NCBI GenBank assembly: GCA_045632125.1
Contig: JAZQWC010000008.1
Span: forward strand, 20,861 to 84,860
DNA: 64,000 nucleotides
Origin: Bianqueaceae bacterium
Lineage (GTDB): Bacteria; Bacillota; Clostridia; Lachnospirales; Bianqueaceae
Direction: 5' to 3'
Shown: one piece after another, positions 37,476 to 46,613 of the stretch
Layout: every line of letters begins with the position of its first letter
How positions within the stretch are numbered: position 1 is the stretch's first letter
The notes under the pieces: generated by a model
Database searches by the model: none
What the model was told of the DNA's origin: nothing
What the model saw: only the letters and a program-made list of their open reading frames with translations
Translations under genes and position numbers: made by a program

Positions 37476-39245
37476 ATGGACAAGATCTTAACCTACATAG
37501 CCGCAGAAGCAGATGATGGTCAAACATTAGGTACCGTACTGCGCAGCGGCCTCGGTCTAACAGCTCGCCAGGTCAAACAGGTCAAATTCCTGCCCGACGG
37601 CCTGTTCATCAACGGTGAACGCTTTCGGGACGGCCGCCTCGTTACCACCCGCACGATCGTGCGGAAAGATGACCATATTCGTGTCAAGTTTCAGGAAAAA
37701 CCGGAAACAGTGGTACCGTTTGCGGGAGAACTAGCTATTGTATATGAAGACGAAGATATTGTATTTATCAATAAGCCCGCAGGTCTGGTGGCGCATCCGG
37801 CCCACGGGCACTTTTTCGATACACTGGCAAATCGGTTAGCGGCTCGGTATGAGGAACCGGCGCGATTGATTGGACGCTTAGATAAAGATACCTCCGGCCT
37901 GATTGGAGCCGCTCGAAACAGCGTGTCGGCAACCCGGATGGAGGATCAACGTAAAGATAAAACCCTGTCCAGAGAGTATTTGGCGCTGGTACAAGGGAAA
38001 TTACAAGGTAAAGGCCGTGTGGAAGCTCCTTTGGCAGAACAGCGGAATACCTTAATGAAAATGGTGGTGGATCCGGCAGGGAAGCCGGCCATTACCGATT
38101 ATAAAGTATGGCACAGCTGGCAGGATTGTTCGTTGGTATGGCTGCGACTGCAGACCGGACGAACTCACCAGATCCGTGTGCACATGTCTCATATAGGTCA
38201 CCCTCTTTTAGGAGACAGTCTGTATGGTGAAGGTGCAGCGGAGGGCATGACGAGGGCTGCCCTGCATAGCTGGCGTATACGTGCGAAACAGCCTTTTACC
38301 GGTGCGGCGCTGGAAATTACGGTGCTGCCTCCGGACGATATGAAAGCAAGATGGGAGATTGAGATTATGAACGAATTAAGAGAGTACATGGAGCGACTGA
38401 CTTTTCCGCCCGAGGCGGTGGAGGCACTGCTGCCTCAGATGAATGCTGAGATCGACGTGATCGCACAGAAATACATGGCCGAGGAACTGGAATGGGGCGA
38501 GGCTCTGGAACAGGTGAAGGCTATGGGTGAGGGCGAGGGCTATGGCCGTCAGATGATGTTGTCGGTTGCTTGTATGCCGGAGCTGCGTCGCCGTTATGCT
38601 GAGGCCGGTTTGGATGATGAGCTGTTCTGGGGCATTATGATGGACCTGAAATACAAGCTCATGGAGTGTAAAAATGTAAAGGGCGAGTGGGGCAGTTTTG
38701 TGGCTCACTGGTTCGACTGGCATTATAAAATGAAACGGTTTGCGCTGGGCCGCCTGCAGTTTGAAGAGCGGGAGTGGAGCCCGGAGCAGTCCTATGAGAA
38801 GCATGGCGTTGTGATCAACAAAGGTGACATCGTAATTAATATGCATATTCCTTCGGCTGGTCCTTTGACCGAGGAGCTGCGTATGGATGCGTACCGCCGT
38901 GCGTATGAGTTTTTTGCTGATTGCTATCGTGACGGTAAGTTGGTGTTGGTGTGCAACTCTTGGCTGTTGGATCCGGAATATCAGACCTTCCTGCCGGAGA
39001 CCTCCAATATTGTGGGCTTCCAGAAGGATTTTGAGATCCTGCATGTGGAGAAGAAGGAAAACTTTGGCGAGTCCTGGCGCATTTTCGGTATGCCCGGAGA
39101 TAAGGTAGTGAACCAGAGCAACGCGGCTGAATTGCCGAGGGACACCTCCATGCAGAGAGCCTTTGCGGACTTTCTGATTGGCGGCGGCAAAACCGGTACT
39201 GCCTTTGGCGTGATCGTGTTCGATGGTAAGGAGATTTTGCGATGA
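37476..39245 (+). CDS. RluA-family pseudouridine synthase fused in frame to an acyltransferase-like (DUF5596/GNAT-like C-terminal) domain
   Basis: N-terminal ~295 aa carry an S4-like segment, GRLDKDTSGL and GRTHQIRVH. From M298 (ATG 38367, preceded by GGGAG) a second module runs MNELREYMERL...LGRLQFEE...HIPSAGPL. There is no stop between the two. Confidence 0.75.
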   Translation: MDKILTYIAAEADDGQTLGTVLRSGLGLTARQVKQVKFLPDGLFINGERFRDGRLVTTRTIVRKDDHIRVKFQEKPETVVPFAGELAIVYEDEDIVFINKPAGLVAHPAHGHFFDTLANRLAARYEEPARLIGRLDKDTSGLIGAARNSVSATRMEDQRKDKTLSREYLALVQGKLQGKGRVEAPLAEQRNTLMKMVVDPAGKPAITDYKVWHSWQDCSLVWLRLQTGRTHQIRVHMSHIGHPLLGDSLYGEGAAEGMTRAALHSWRIRAKQPFTGAALEITVLPPDDMKARWEIEIMNELREYMERLTFPPEAVEALLPQMNAEIDVIAQKYMAEELEWGEALEQVKAMGEGEGYGRQMMLSVACMPELRRRYAEAGLDDELFWGIMMDLKYKLMECKNVKGEWGSFVAHWFDWHYKMKRFALGRLQFEEREWSPEQSYEKHGVVINKGDIVINMHIPSAGPLTEELRMDAYRRAYEFFADCYRDGKLVLVCNSWLLDPEYQTFLPETSNIVGFQKDFEILHVEKKENFGESWRIFGMPGDKVVNQSNAAELPRDTSMQRAFADFLIGGGKTGTAFGVIVFDGKEILR

Positions 39246-39547
39246 TTTTTGCAATCGTTTTGTTGGTTGTAGGAGCAGCGCTGGCGGTGATCGGGTTTAA
39301 CCTGATGAAGCCGAAAAGCGGTGATGTTCCGGTGGGCGGCGGTGCGTATGTGAATGCCGGACCGGAGGAGCGTTCTGCTGCGGCCAAGGAAGCGGGCCGT
39401 ATCATGCTGGGCATTGGCCTGATCATGGTAGTAGGCGGCATTGTGTGGCTGCTGACCAGAATTTTGATGGCGATCGCTGGTATTGTGCTGGTGGTCGGCG
39501 TGATCGCTGTGGCCTTGTATTTTGCCGGTTCTAAAAGGAAAAATTGA
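39242..39547 (+). CDS. Small hypothetical membrane protein (3 predicted TM helices)
   Basis: ATGA start/stop overlap with the upstream gene. Hydrophobic segments IFAIVLLVVGAALAVIGF, IMLGIGLIMVVGGIVWLL and AIAGIVLVVGVIAVALYF. Confidence 0.5.
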   Translation: MIFAIVLLVVGAALAVIGFNLMKPKSGDVPVGGGAYVNAGPEERSAAAKEAGRIMLGIGLIMVVGGIVWLLTRILMAIAGIVLVVGVIAVALYFAGSKRKN

Positions 39548-39560
39548 ATTTTGATAAAAG

Positions 39561-39606
39561 AAAAGCACTTTGGGGTGGAGCATGATCTGCCCTTGAAGTG
39601 CTTTTA
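39561..39606 (+). terminator. Hairpin terminator after the small membrane protein gene
   Basis: AAAAGCACTT (39561-39570) pairs with AAGTGCTTTT (39596-39605). It lies inside the 5' extension of the ORF-track fucosidase ORF, which supports the downstream start. Confidence 0.55.
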
Positions 39607-39658
39607 TCGTATATTTGACTTTGATATCATCATACGAATCGTAAAAGGAGAGGTATTT

Positions 39659-41383
39659 ATGCAGGAAGATAAAAAAACGGTGCCGCAAGGCGGCGTGGAC
39701 GAGTCTATTGTGATGAACAATACACTGGTAGGTGCGATTAAAGCAGGAACAGCCGGTGAGAAGGGGCCCGCTCCCGGTCAGGCGGGGACTGAGGCGGCCA
39801 GTCGCAATAAGCCGGAAAAGTTAGAGTGGCTGCAGGATGCGGGTCTTGGTCTTTTCATTCATTGGTCGTTGGATGCGCAACTTGGTTGCGTGATCAGCCA
39901 TTCGTTGGTGGGTGCTTCAGAAGATTATACAGAGAGGTTTTTTAACGATTTACCTCAAACGCTGGATGCTAAGGGTTGGGATTTTGATCATATTGCAGGC
40001 TTGGCGAAGTTAGCTGGTTTTCGATATGCAGTGCTGACCACCAAACATCACTGCGGCTTTTGTCTGTGGCCCACCGAGACAACAGAGTTTCATATTGGTA
40101 ATACACCCTGCGGACGCAACTTGGTGAAGGAATTTGCCGAGGCCATGCGCCGTAAGGGCATTAAAGTAGGTTTGTATTTCTCGCCGGAGGATTTCAACTT
40201 CTTGCGAAACGAAGGCTTGACTATTACCCGTACACCGGTGGAACCCTATAGTGAAGAGGTGATCCAGCGATACCGAGCCTATTTGAAAGCCCAGATGCTG
40301 GAACTGATGCAGAACTTTGGTCCGGTAGACGTTATGTTTTTTGACGGAGGTGAATCCATGGTGGGAGCCGATGGCGTGAACCTACAGCAATACTGTATCA
40401 ACATTGCCTGGGATATTCAGCCCGACGTACTGATCACCCGCGGCGCGATCCCTACACCGGAACAGCAACTGCCGGGCGTGGGAGCCGACACTGCATGGGA
40501 AGGCTGCATTACTCTGGGAACGGCCTGGCAGTATCAGCCCACCAATGAGATCTACAAAACCGGTCGACAGACCATTAAGCTGATCGCCGATACCCGGGCT
40601 CGGGGTGGTGCACTGCTGTTGAACATCGGTCCCGATGCCAACGGCGTTCTCTGCTGCGAGCAGGAAAATATCTTAAGAGAAGTGTCCCTGTGGCACTTTA
40701 TCAATCATGAAGCGGTGCATAACACCCGTCCGTGGATCATTACTAATGAGGAGGATACGGTGCTGCTAAAGGCGAAAGATGACAGCGCTGTGTACGCCAT
40801 CTTGTTTGGCGTGCAGGACTGGGACCGCGGTCAACGTCGCGAGATCCTTCTGCATAGCGTATACGCCACGGAGCAAACACAGGTGAGCATTTTAGGACAG
40901 TCCGGTGAACTGACTGAGTACCGCCCGGATCTGGACGCTCACGCCTATCATGAACAGCGTTCGGACGGACTGCATATATCCGCCATGAACGCCCAGCGCA
41001 TTTACTGCGGTGGTCAGTGGCGTGGACCGCTTGTGCTCAAAATCACCCATCCGAAACCGGCCTTCGAGCCCTTGGGCGTGCAGACTTTGAGCGAGGGTAC
41101 CAAGCTGCTTTCGGGCGGCGCCCGGCTCAGCGCCGAGGTGTTGACTCTAGGCAGCTTCGATGAGGCGCAGCTGACCTTTGAGTATCGGGTGTATCCGGGT
41201 TTTGCCATGGCTTCTTACGAGGATGTGTGGCAGGCGCCGGAGGCGCAAACGATTGATGCGACGGGCATTTATTCGATGGAAATCACGGGGCTGACGGCGG
41301 GTGTGACCTATCAGTATCGAGCCGTGTTAAAGACGGAGATCAATACCATGCGGGGCGAGATGGCACTGCTGGTGGCAGAATGA
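39659..41383 (+). CDS. GH29 alpha-L-fucosidase
   Basis: GLGLFIHWS..., TKHHCGFCLWPT and LLLNIGPDANG motifs typical of GH29. AAAGGAGAGG SD before ATG 39659. Confidence 0.88.
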   Translation: MQEDKKTVPQGGVDESIVMNNTLVGAIKAGTAGEKGPAPGQAGTEAASRNKPEKLEWLQDAGLGLFIHWSLDAQLGCVISHSLVGASEDYTERFFNDLPQTLDAKGWDFDHIAGLAKLAGFRYAVLTTKHHCGFCLWPTETTEFHIGNTPCGRNLVKEFAEAMRRKGIKVGLYFSPEDFNFLRNEGLTITRTPVEPYSEEVIQRYRAYLKAQMLELMQNFGPVDVMFFDGGESMVGADGVNLQQYCINIAWDIQPDVLITRGAIPTPEQQLPGVGADTAWEGCITLGTAWQYQPTNEIYKTGRQTIKLIADTRARGGALLLNIGPDANGVLCCEQENILREVSLWHFINHEAVHNTRPWIITNEEDTVLLKAKDDSAVYAILFGVQDWDRGQRREILLHSVYATEQTQVSILGQSGELTEYRPDLDAHAYHEQRSDGLHISAMNAQRIYCGGQWRGPLVLKITHPKPAFEPLGVQTLSEGTKLLSGGARLSAEVLTLGSFDEAQLTFEYRVYPGFAMASYEDVWQAPEAQTIDATGIYSMEITGLTAGVTYQYRAVLKTEINTMRGEMALLVAE

Positions 41384-41403
41384 GGATTTTGTGGTGTATA
41401 AAG

Positions 41404-41436
41404 AAAAGCTGGCTGCTTTATTTGCAGTCAGCTTTT
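41404..41436. terminator. Bidirectional hairpin terminator (fucosidase / TetR gene)
   Basis: AAAAGCTGGCTGC (41404-41416) pairs with GCAGTCAGCTTTT (41424-41436), flanked by A/T runs on both sides. Confidence 0.75.
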
Positions 41437-41454
41437 GTATTGATTCATATATGA

Positions 41455-42012
41455 TTAATTAAGAATATCAAATTTAATCACACCGGAGATGAGCTTAGCG
41501 ATCTCTTCCGGTGTTTTTTGAATATCTTCCTGAAGCCAAAGGCGAATGAGTTGATAGATACCCGAAATGAAAAAGGAGGAGAGCAGGCGGATGCTGCCTT
41601 CATCAAATTGGGTATGTTGGAGCGGAGAACGATCTGTCTCCCAAATATATCGATTGATTTCGGAAAGGGCATTGGCCAGATCACCATCGGTCTCGCATTG
41701 GAAGAGGACTTTGGCGATATCGACATGTTCCTTCAGATAGGTGCAAATTTGGATCATATAGAGTTCGGCATCTTCCTGGGTAACGATAGGGGGAGTCAAC
41801 TGTTTGAGATCTTTAGCCATAGCGGTGGCGGCCTCTAAGAGGACATCGCGGGGAGCGGTATAATGATGATAAAAAGTAGCACGGTTGACGCCGGCTTCGT
41901 GACAGAGTTTGGTGATGGTAATTTTGTTGAGATTTTCATCTTGTAGCAAACGAAAGAGCGCTTCGCGCAGCAGTTGCTTCGTCTGTGCAACTCGTTGATT
42001 TTCTTTTTTCAT
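41455..42012 (-). CDS. TetR/AcrR family transcriptional regulator
   Basis: N-terminal HTH ITITKLCHEAGVNRATFYHHY, 185 aa. Confidence 0.9.
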   Translation of the reverse strand: MKKENQRVAQTKQLLREALFRLLQDENLNKITITKLCHEAGVNRATFYHHYTAPRDVLLEAATAMAKDLKQLTPPIVTQEDAELYMIQICTYLKEHVDIAKVLFQCETDGDLANALSEINRYIWETDRSPLQHTQFDEGSIRLLSSFFISGIYQLIRLWLQEDIQKTPEEIAKLISGVIKFDILN

Positions 42013-42041
42013 AAGTAATCTCCCATTAGTTTATATATTGC

Positions 42042-42096
42042 GTCGAGTTAGAAAAATCGACAAAATGCGTTGAACTATAGGTTGCGAAATCGACAT
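42042..42096. promoter_or_regulatory. Candidate TetR operator region in the divergent promoter
   Basis: Imperfect palindrome GTCGAGTTAGAAAAATCGAC (42042-42061). Direct repeats AAATCGACA at 42055-42063 and 42088-42096. TTGCG-type half motifs occur three times. Confidence 0.3.
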
Positions 42097-42146
42097 ATGT
42101 ATATTATAATGAACTTAAAATAGAATGTCAACCGGAGGTTGTGGCT

Positions 42147-42698
42147 ATGAAATCTTTAAAAGCGAATCTGCATGGAATTTTAATGAGTGCCTTTGAGGTA
42201 TTGGTAGGAATACTGCTGATTATTGATCCGGAGGGATTTACATCCGGTATTATTGTAGCAGTGGGTATTGCGTTGTTGCTGGGGGGGATCTGGCAGGTAG
42301 TGTGCTATTTTAAGGAAGAACCGGAAGAAGCGGCTAAAGGACAGGCGTTGCTGATTGGCATGATCATGCTGCTGGGCGGTGGCTTTTTGGCTTTGAAATC
42401 TAAATGGTTGATCCAAGTGATTCCGCTTCTGACCATCGTGTATGGTATTGGCGTATTGGTGTCAGGCCTGTGGAAAGTACAGTGGACGGTAGACAAGCTT
42501 CGTATGAAAAAGAAGTACTGGTATTTGATGGCCATTAGTGCTGCCGTATCTTTAATTTGCAGTACACTGATTTTGTGGAATCCCTTTGCATCTACTGCGG
42601 TATTGTGGAAATTTACGGCTATAGCTTTGATCCTGGAGGCTGTATTTGATTTGGTAGCCATCATTGCCGGTGGAAAAAACGTGGGAGAAAGCGATTGA
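42147..42698 (+). CDS. HdeD/DUF308 family membrane protein
   Basis: About 183 aa with six hydrophobic helices in repeated GxxxxxxG-rich pairs. GGAGG SD 8 nt before ATG 42147. Confidence 0.7.
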   Translation: MKSLKANLHGILMSAFEVLVGILLIIDPEGFTSGIIVAVGIALLLGGIWQVVCYFKEEPEEAAKGQALLIGMIMLLGGGFLALKSKWLIQVIPLLTIVYGIGVLVSGLWKVQWTVDKLRMKKKYWYLMAISAAVSLICSTLILWNPFASTAVLWKFTAIALILEAVFDLVAIIAGGKNVGESD

Positions 42699-42728
42699 GT
42701 TTCATATTATAATTGAATAAATGCATCA

Positions 42729-42765
42729 AAAAACCTCCAACATTGTAATGTTGGAGGTTTTCGTT
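42729..42765. terminator. Bidirectional hairpin terminator
   Basis: AAAAACCTCCAACATT / AATGTTGGAGGTTTT near-perfect palindrome between convergent genes. Confidence 0.85.
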
Positions 42766-44592
42766 TTACAGAATGGCTTTAATACTTTCTTCCTGGAACT
42801 GTCGGGTATACAGGCTGTAGTAGTAACCTTTAGCCTTGATCAGATCGTCATGTTTACCGGATTCGATGATCTTACCATCTTTAACAACCAGGATCACGTC
42901 AGCCTGACGAATGGTGGAAAGACGGTGAGCGATCACGAAGGAGGTACGGCCCTTCATTAGACTCTCGATGGCGTTCTGGATCAGGCGCTCAGTCACGGTG
43001 TCGATGGAGGAAGTTGCCTCATCTAGTACGAAGATTCGAGGATCGGCTAATATCGCCCGGGCGAAGGACAGGAGCTGTTTCTCTCCTGTGGAGAGAAGGT
43101 CACCACCTTCACCAACGTCACTGTCGTAGCCCTTTTCCATGCGGGCGATGACGCCGTCGGCAGATACGCTTTTTACAGCAGCTTCGATCTCTTCCATGGT
43201 GGCATCGGGACGACCGTAGAGCAGGTTTTCCTTAACGCTGCCGGAGAAGAGGTGAGGGGTCTGAAGTACGTAGCCGATGTTGCTATGAAGCCACAGCTGG
43301 GAACGTTCGCGGGCATCGCGGCCGTCGATGAGGATCTGGCCGGAGGTGGGCTCGAAGAAGCGGCACACCAGATTTACCAGAGTGGATTTTCCGGCACCGG
43401 TCTCGCCTACAATGGCTACGTTGGTGCCCTGGGGAACTTTCAAATTGAAGTGTTCCAAAATGTATTCATCGCCGTCGGGATATTTAAAGGAAACATCACG
43501 GAATTCGATATCACCATGGAGGGGTTCCCAGTTTTCACGCTTAGGTTCGAAGGCATCGCCATATTTTTCAATAACTTCGGGAGTATCGGCTACGTCGGAT
43601 TCGGTTTCCATGAGGCGGGTGAAACGTTCTACGTTAACCTGTACGGTGATCAAATCAGAGAAAGCACGAATGATCCACTGTACGGGTTCTACCATGTTCA
43701 AAGCGTAGGTGCAGAATACGGAAAGGGTACCCAGTTTCATAACGCCATCCATGGTGATGATGCCGCCGCGCCACAGTACCAGAGCCAGCGCTACCCAGGA
43801 AACGAAGGAAATAATGGAGGAAAGCATGAAACGATAATGAGAAGCACGGATGGAAGTTTTGTACATCTCGTCGCTGGTATTGTTGAAGTTTCGTTCCATT
43901 TTTTCTTCGACTACCAGAGTTTTAGTGGTTTTGGCACCGGTGATACCTTCGTTGAAGTTACCGGTGATACGGGAGTTGATCTCACGGATGGTACGATTAA
44001 GGGCAACCATGATCTTCTGGAAATAGGTGGCGGCCAAGGCAATGAGGGGAATGATCACAAGAACCATTAATGCCAGCTTCCAGTTCAGGGAAAGCATAAC
44101 AACGATACCGCCAATCAGGTAAGTCAGATTCCAAACACAGTCCATAACACCCCAGGAGACCATACCACCCACGCGGGAGGTGTCACTCATAACACGGGCG
44201 TGTACATAACCTACACTATTCTGGTTGAAGTAGGAGAAGGATAAGGTCTGCAGATGGTCGAAGCTGACTTTTTTCATGTCGCGGCCTACATACATTTCTA
44301 CTTTACCACACTGATAAGTAGAGAAAATATTCATTGCGACCTGTGTGGCCAACACTAAAATATAGGCAATAATAAACAGGGTCAAACCATCTAACTGGCC
44401 CAAAGCAATGAAGTTATTCAGGGCATATTGCTGGAACAAAGGAACGATGATATCGATGGAACTGGTGAGCAGACCAAACAATACCATGGAAAAAATAGTC
44501 CAGCGGTAGGGCTTCAAATAAGGAAGCAACTTAGGAAGACCAAAATAAGGGAGGGAGACATACTCTTGTTTTTCTTTATCGATTTGACTCAT
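42766..44592 (-). CDS. ABC exporter, fused permease/ATPase subunit (heterodimeric MDR type)
   Basis: Six-TM N-terminal domain. Walker A GETGAGKST, signature LSTGEKQ, Walker B IFVLDEATS. ATG 44592 is preceded by GGAGG. Confidence 0.92.
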   Translation of the reverse strand: MSQIDKEKQEYVSLPYFGLPKLLPYLKPYRWTIFSMVLFGLLTSSIDIIVPLFQQYALNNFIALGQLDGLTLFIIAYILVLATQVAMNIFSTYQCGKVEMYVGRDMKKVSFDHLQTLSFSYFNQNSVGYVHARVMSDTSRVGGMVSWGVMDCVWNLTYLIGGIVVMLSLNWKLALMVLVIIPLIALAATYFQKIMVALNRTIREINSRITGNFNEGITGAKTTKTLVVEEKMERNFNNTSDEMYKTSIRASHYRFMLSSIISFVSWVALALVLWRGGIITMDGVMKLGTLSVFCTYALNMVEPVQWIIRAFSDLITVQVNVERFTRLMETESDVADTPEVIEKYGDAFEPKRENWEPLHGDIEFRDVSFKYPDGDEYILEHFNLKVPQGTNVAIVGETGAGKSTLVNLVCRFFEPTSGQILIDGRDARERSQLWLHSNIGYVLQTPHLFSGSVKENLLYGRPDATMEEIEAAVKSVSADGVIARMEKGYDSDVGEGGDLLSTGEKQLLSFARAILADPRIFVLDEATSSIDTVTERLIQNAIESLMKGRTSFVIAHRLSTIRQADVILVVKDGKIIESGKHDDLIKAKGYYYSLYTRQFQEESIKAIL

Positions 44593-44595
44593 CAA

Positions 44596-46437
44596 TTACA
44601 CCTCCTCAGGTTCAATATCAAGTGAAAACTGCAGATCATAGATCTTGCGGTAAATTCCGTTCTTAGCCATAAGTTCATCATGGGAACCGATCTCCGCAAT
44701 GCGGCCCTTATCCAGCACCATGATTTTTTCAGCCTGCATCAGGGTGGTGACACGGTGGGAAATCAGGATTACAGTGGAATCGCCCAGATTCTTACGCAGA
44801 GCCTGACGAATCTTGGCATCGGTTTCGGAGTCAACAGCAGATAAGGAATCGTCGAAGACCATGATGGGAGCCTTCTGAGTTAACATACGGGCAATGGCGG
44901 TACGCTGTTTCTGGCCGCCGGAAAGGGTAACGCCGCGTTCACCTACGATGGTGTCGTAGCCTTTGGTGAATTCGGTAATGGCGTCGTCCACACAGGCGAT
45001 CTGTGCAGCGTGGCGGATATCTTCCAGGGGCATGTTATCTTCGGTGATACCGATGTTTTCTGCAATGGTACGGGAGAAAAGGAAGGGCTCCTGCAGCACC
45101 ATACCAATGTTTTCACGCACCCACTGGGCCTTCATGTCGGCAATATCTACGCCGCCGATGGTGATATGGCCGCCGTTAGCGGGCAGGTCGTACAGACGGT
45201 TCAGCAGATGGACCAAAGTGGTTTTGCCGGAACCGGTAGAACCAAGAATACCAAAGGTAGTACCTTGAGGGATCGTAAAGTTAATGTCCTCCACGATGGT
45301 GGTTCCTTCTTCATAGCCGAAGGTTACGTGGTCGAATACGATGTCGCCGCGCATGTCGGGGGTAACGGCATCCGGTTTATCCTGCTCAAGGGGAGAGTTC
45401 ATGATGTACAAAATACGATCGATGGAGACACCGGCTTTACTCATCTCAGAGATTACACGGCCTAAATGACGTACCGGCCATATGAGCATGGAATTATAGG
45501 AAAGGAAGGCGATAAATTCGCCGGTACTTAGCGTGCCTTGCACGCAGTATACGCTGCCCAGGACCAGAAGAAGCATAACCTGCAGACCGGAGATCAAGTC
45601 GCCGGCGCCCCAGAAGTAGGACATGAGCTTCATCAGGTTGACCCAAAGGTTAGCATAGTAGGTGTTTTGTTTTTCGAAGCGGTCTTTTTCGAATTTCTCG
45701 CGGCCAAAGGCGCGGACTACGCGGACGCCGGTGAGGTTTTCCTGAGCGATGGTGGACAGGATACCTTCGTTTTCGTCGCATTCTTGGAAGTGACGGCCGA
45801 TGCGGGAATGGAAAAAGGCGGAGTAACCGATGATGACAGGGATCGAGCAAACTGCGATGGTGGTGAGGCGGCCATCCATGGAGAACATGAAGGTCAGCGA
45901 CAGGGTCATTAGAATGACGATTCGAATGATGGATGTGAGCTGCTCAGCAACGAAGATCTTGACGCGTTCCACGTCGGAGGTGCAGCGCTGGATAATATCA
46001 CCGGTTTGGTTCTTCATGTGCCAGGCGAAGGGGAGCTTCTGCACATGGGCAAAAAGCTGGTCGCGCATGGTCTGCATGAGGCGCTCAGAACCTTTTGTGT
46101 TGTAAAGATTGTTGAAATACTTGAACACGGCGGCTAGAGCGGCGATGAGAATGACGATGAGTGCTATGTAGCCAAAGTGATCGCGGAAGAAGGGGGCGCC
46201 GCCCAGGGCGTCGATCTTCTGGGTCACCATGGCGGGGAAGCTGAAGGGCTCGCTGCCGATGACAGAGTCTACAGAGGCCCTGATGATCTGCGGGATCACC
46301 ATTTCCAGCAGGGTTACTGCGAAGGATGCCAGAATACTTAGAATAAAGAAGTGCAGGCTGCCGCGCAGAAAGTGTTTGACCAACGAGAGCTTTGTGTAAG
46401 AAAGCTGTGTGGTTCTTGAATCGTTGGATTGTTTCAT
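44596..46437 (-). CDS. ABC exporter, fused permease/ATPase subunit (heterodimeric MDR type)
   Basis: Walker A GSTGSGKTT, signature LSGGQKQ, Walker B IMVFDDSLS. Adjacent to and co-oriented with the second subunit. Confidence 0.92.
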   Translation of the reverse strand: MKQSNDSRTTQLSYTKLSLVKHFLRGSLHFFILSILASFAVTLLEMVIPQIIRASVDSVIGSEPFSFPAMVTQKIDALGGAPFFRDHFGYIALIVILIAALAAVFKYFNNLYNTKGSERLMQTMRDQLFAHVQKLPFAWHMKNQTGDIIQRCTSDVERVKIFVAEQLTSIIRIVILMTLSLTFMFSMDGRLTTIAVCSIPVIIGYSAFFHSRIGRHFQECDENEGILSTIAQENLTGVRVVRAFGREKFEKDRFEKQNTYYANLWVNLMKLMSYFWGAGDLISGLQVMLLLVLGSVYCVQGTLSTGEFIAFLSYNSMLIWPVRHLGRVISEMSKAGVSIDRILYIMNSPLEQDKPDAVTPDMRGDIVFDHVTFGYEEGTTIVEDINFTIPQGTTFGILGSTGSGKTTLVHLLNRLYDLPANGGHITIGGVDIADMKAQWVRENIGMVLQEPFLFSRTIAENIGITEDNMPLEDIRHAAQIACVDDAITEFTKGYDTIVGERGVTLSGGQKQRTAIARMLTQKAPIMVFDDSLSAVDSETDAKIRQALRKNLGDSTVILISHRVTTLMQAEKIMVLDKGRIAEIGSHDELMAKNGIYRKIYDLQFSLDIEPEEV

Positions 46438-46501
46438 GAAAATTTTGACCTCCTGAATGTGTATTTAAGATTGATTATTTAGGGGCTTCAAGTTATAATA
46501 A

Positions 46502-46532
46502 TTGCGATACTTTATGTATTGTAAAGTATGGG
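46502..46532 (+). promoter_or_regulatory. Candidate MerR-type promoter/operator (19-nt spacer with central dyad)
   Basis: TTGCGA (46502-46507), 19-nt spacer, TATGGG (46527-46532). The spacer holds the perfect dyad ATACTTTA-N7-TAAAGTAT (46507-46529). Confidence 0.4.
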
Positions 46533-46613
46533 GTAACCACATAGTCAAGATGTTTTGAACAACTTGTTAAAAAGTATTGGATGGTTTGAGATCGCGGCGA
46601 AAGGAGGGGCTGC

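Noticed and set aside
39551-39658. 5' extension of the fucosidase ORF (ORF-track start 39551)
   Set aside because: The extension contains the terminator hairpin of the upstream gene and has no SD. ATG 39659 has a strong AAAGGAGAGG SD and begins where the product starts to look like a genuine N-terminal region leading into the GH29 core.
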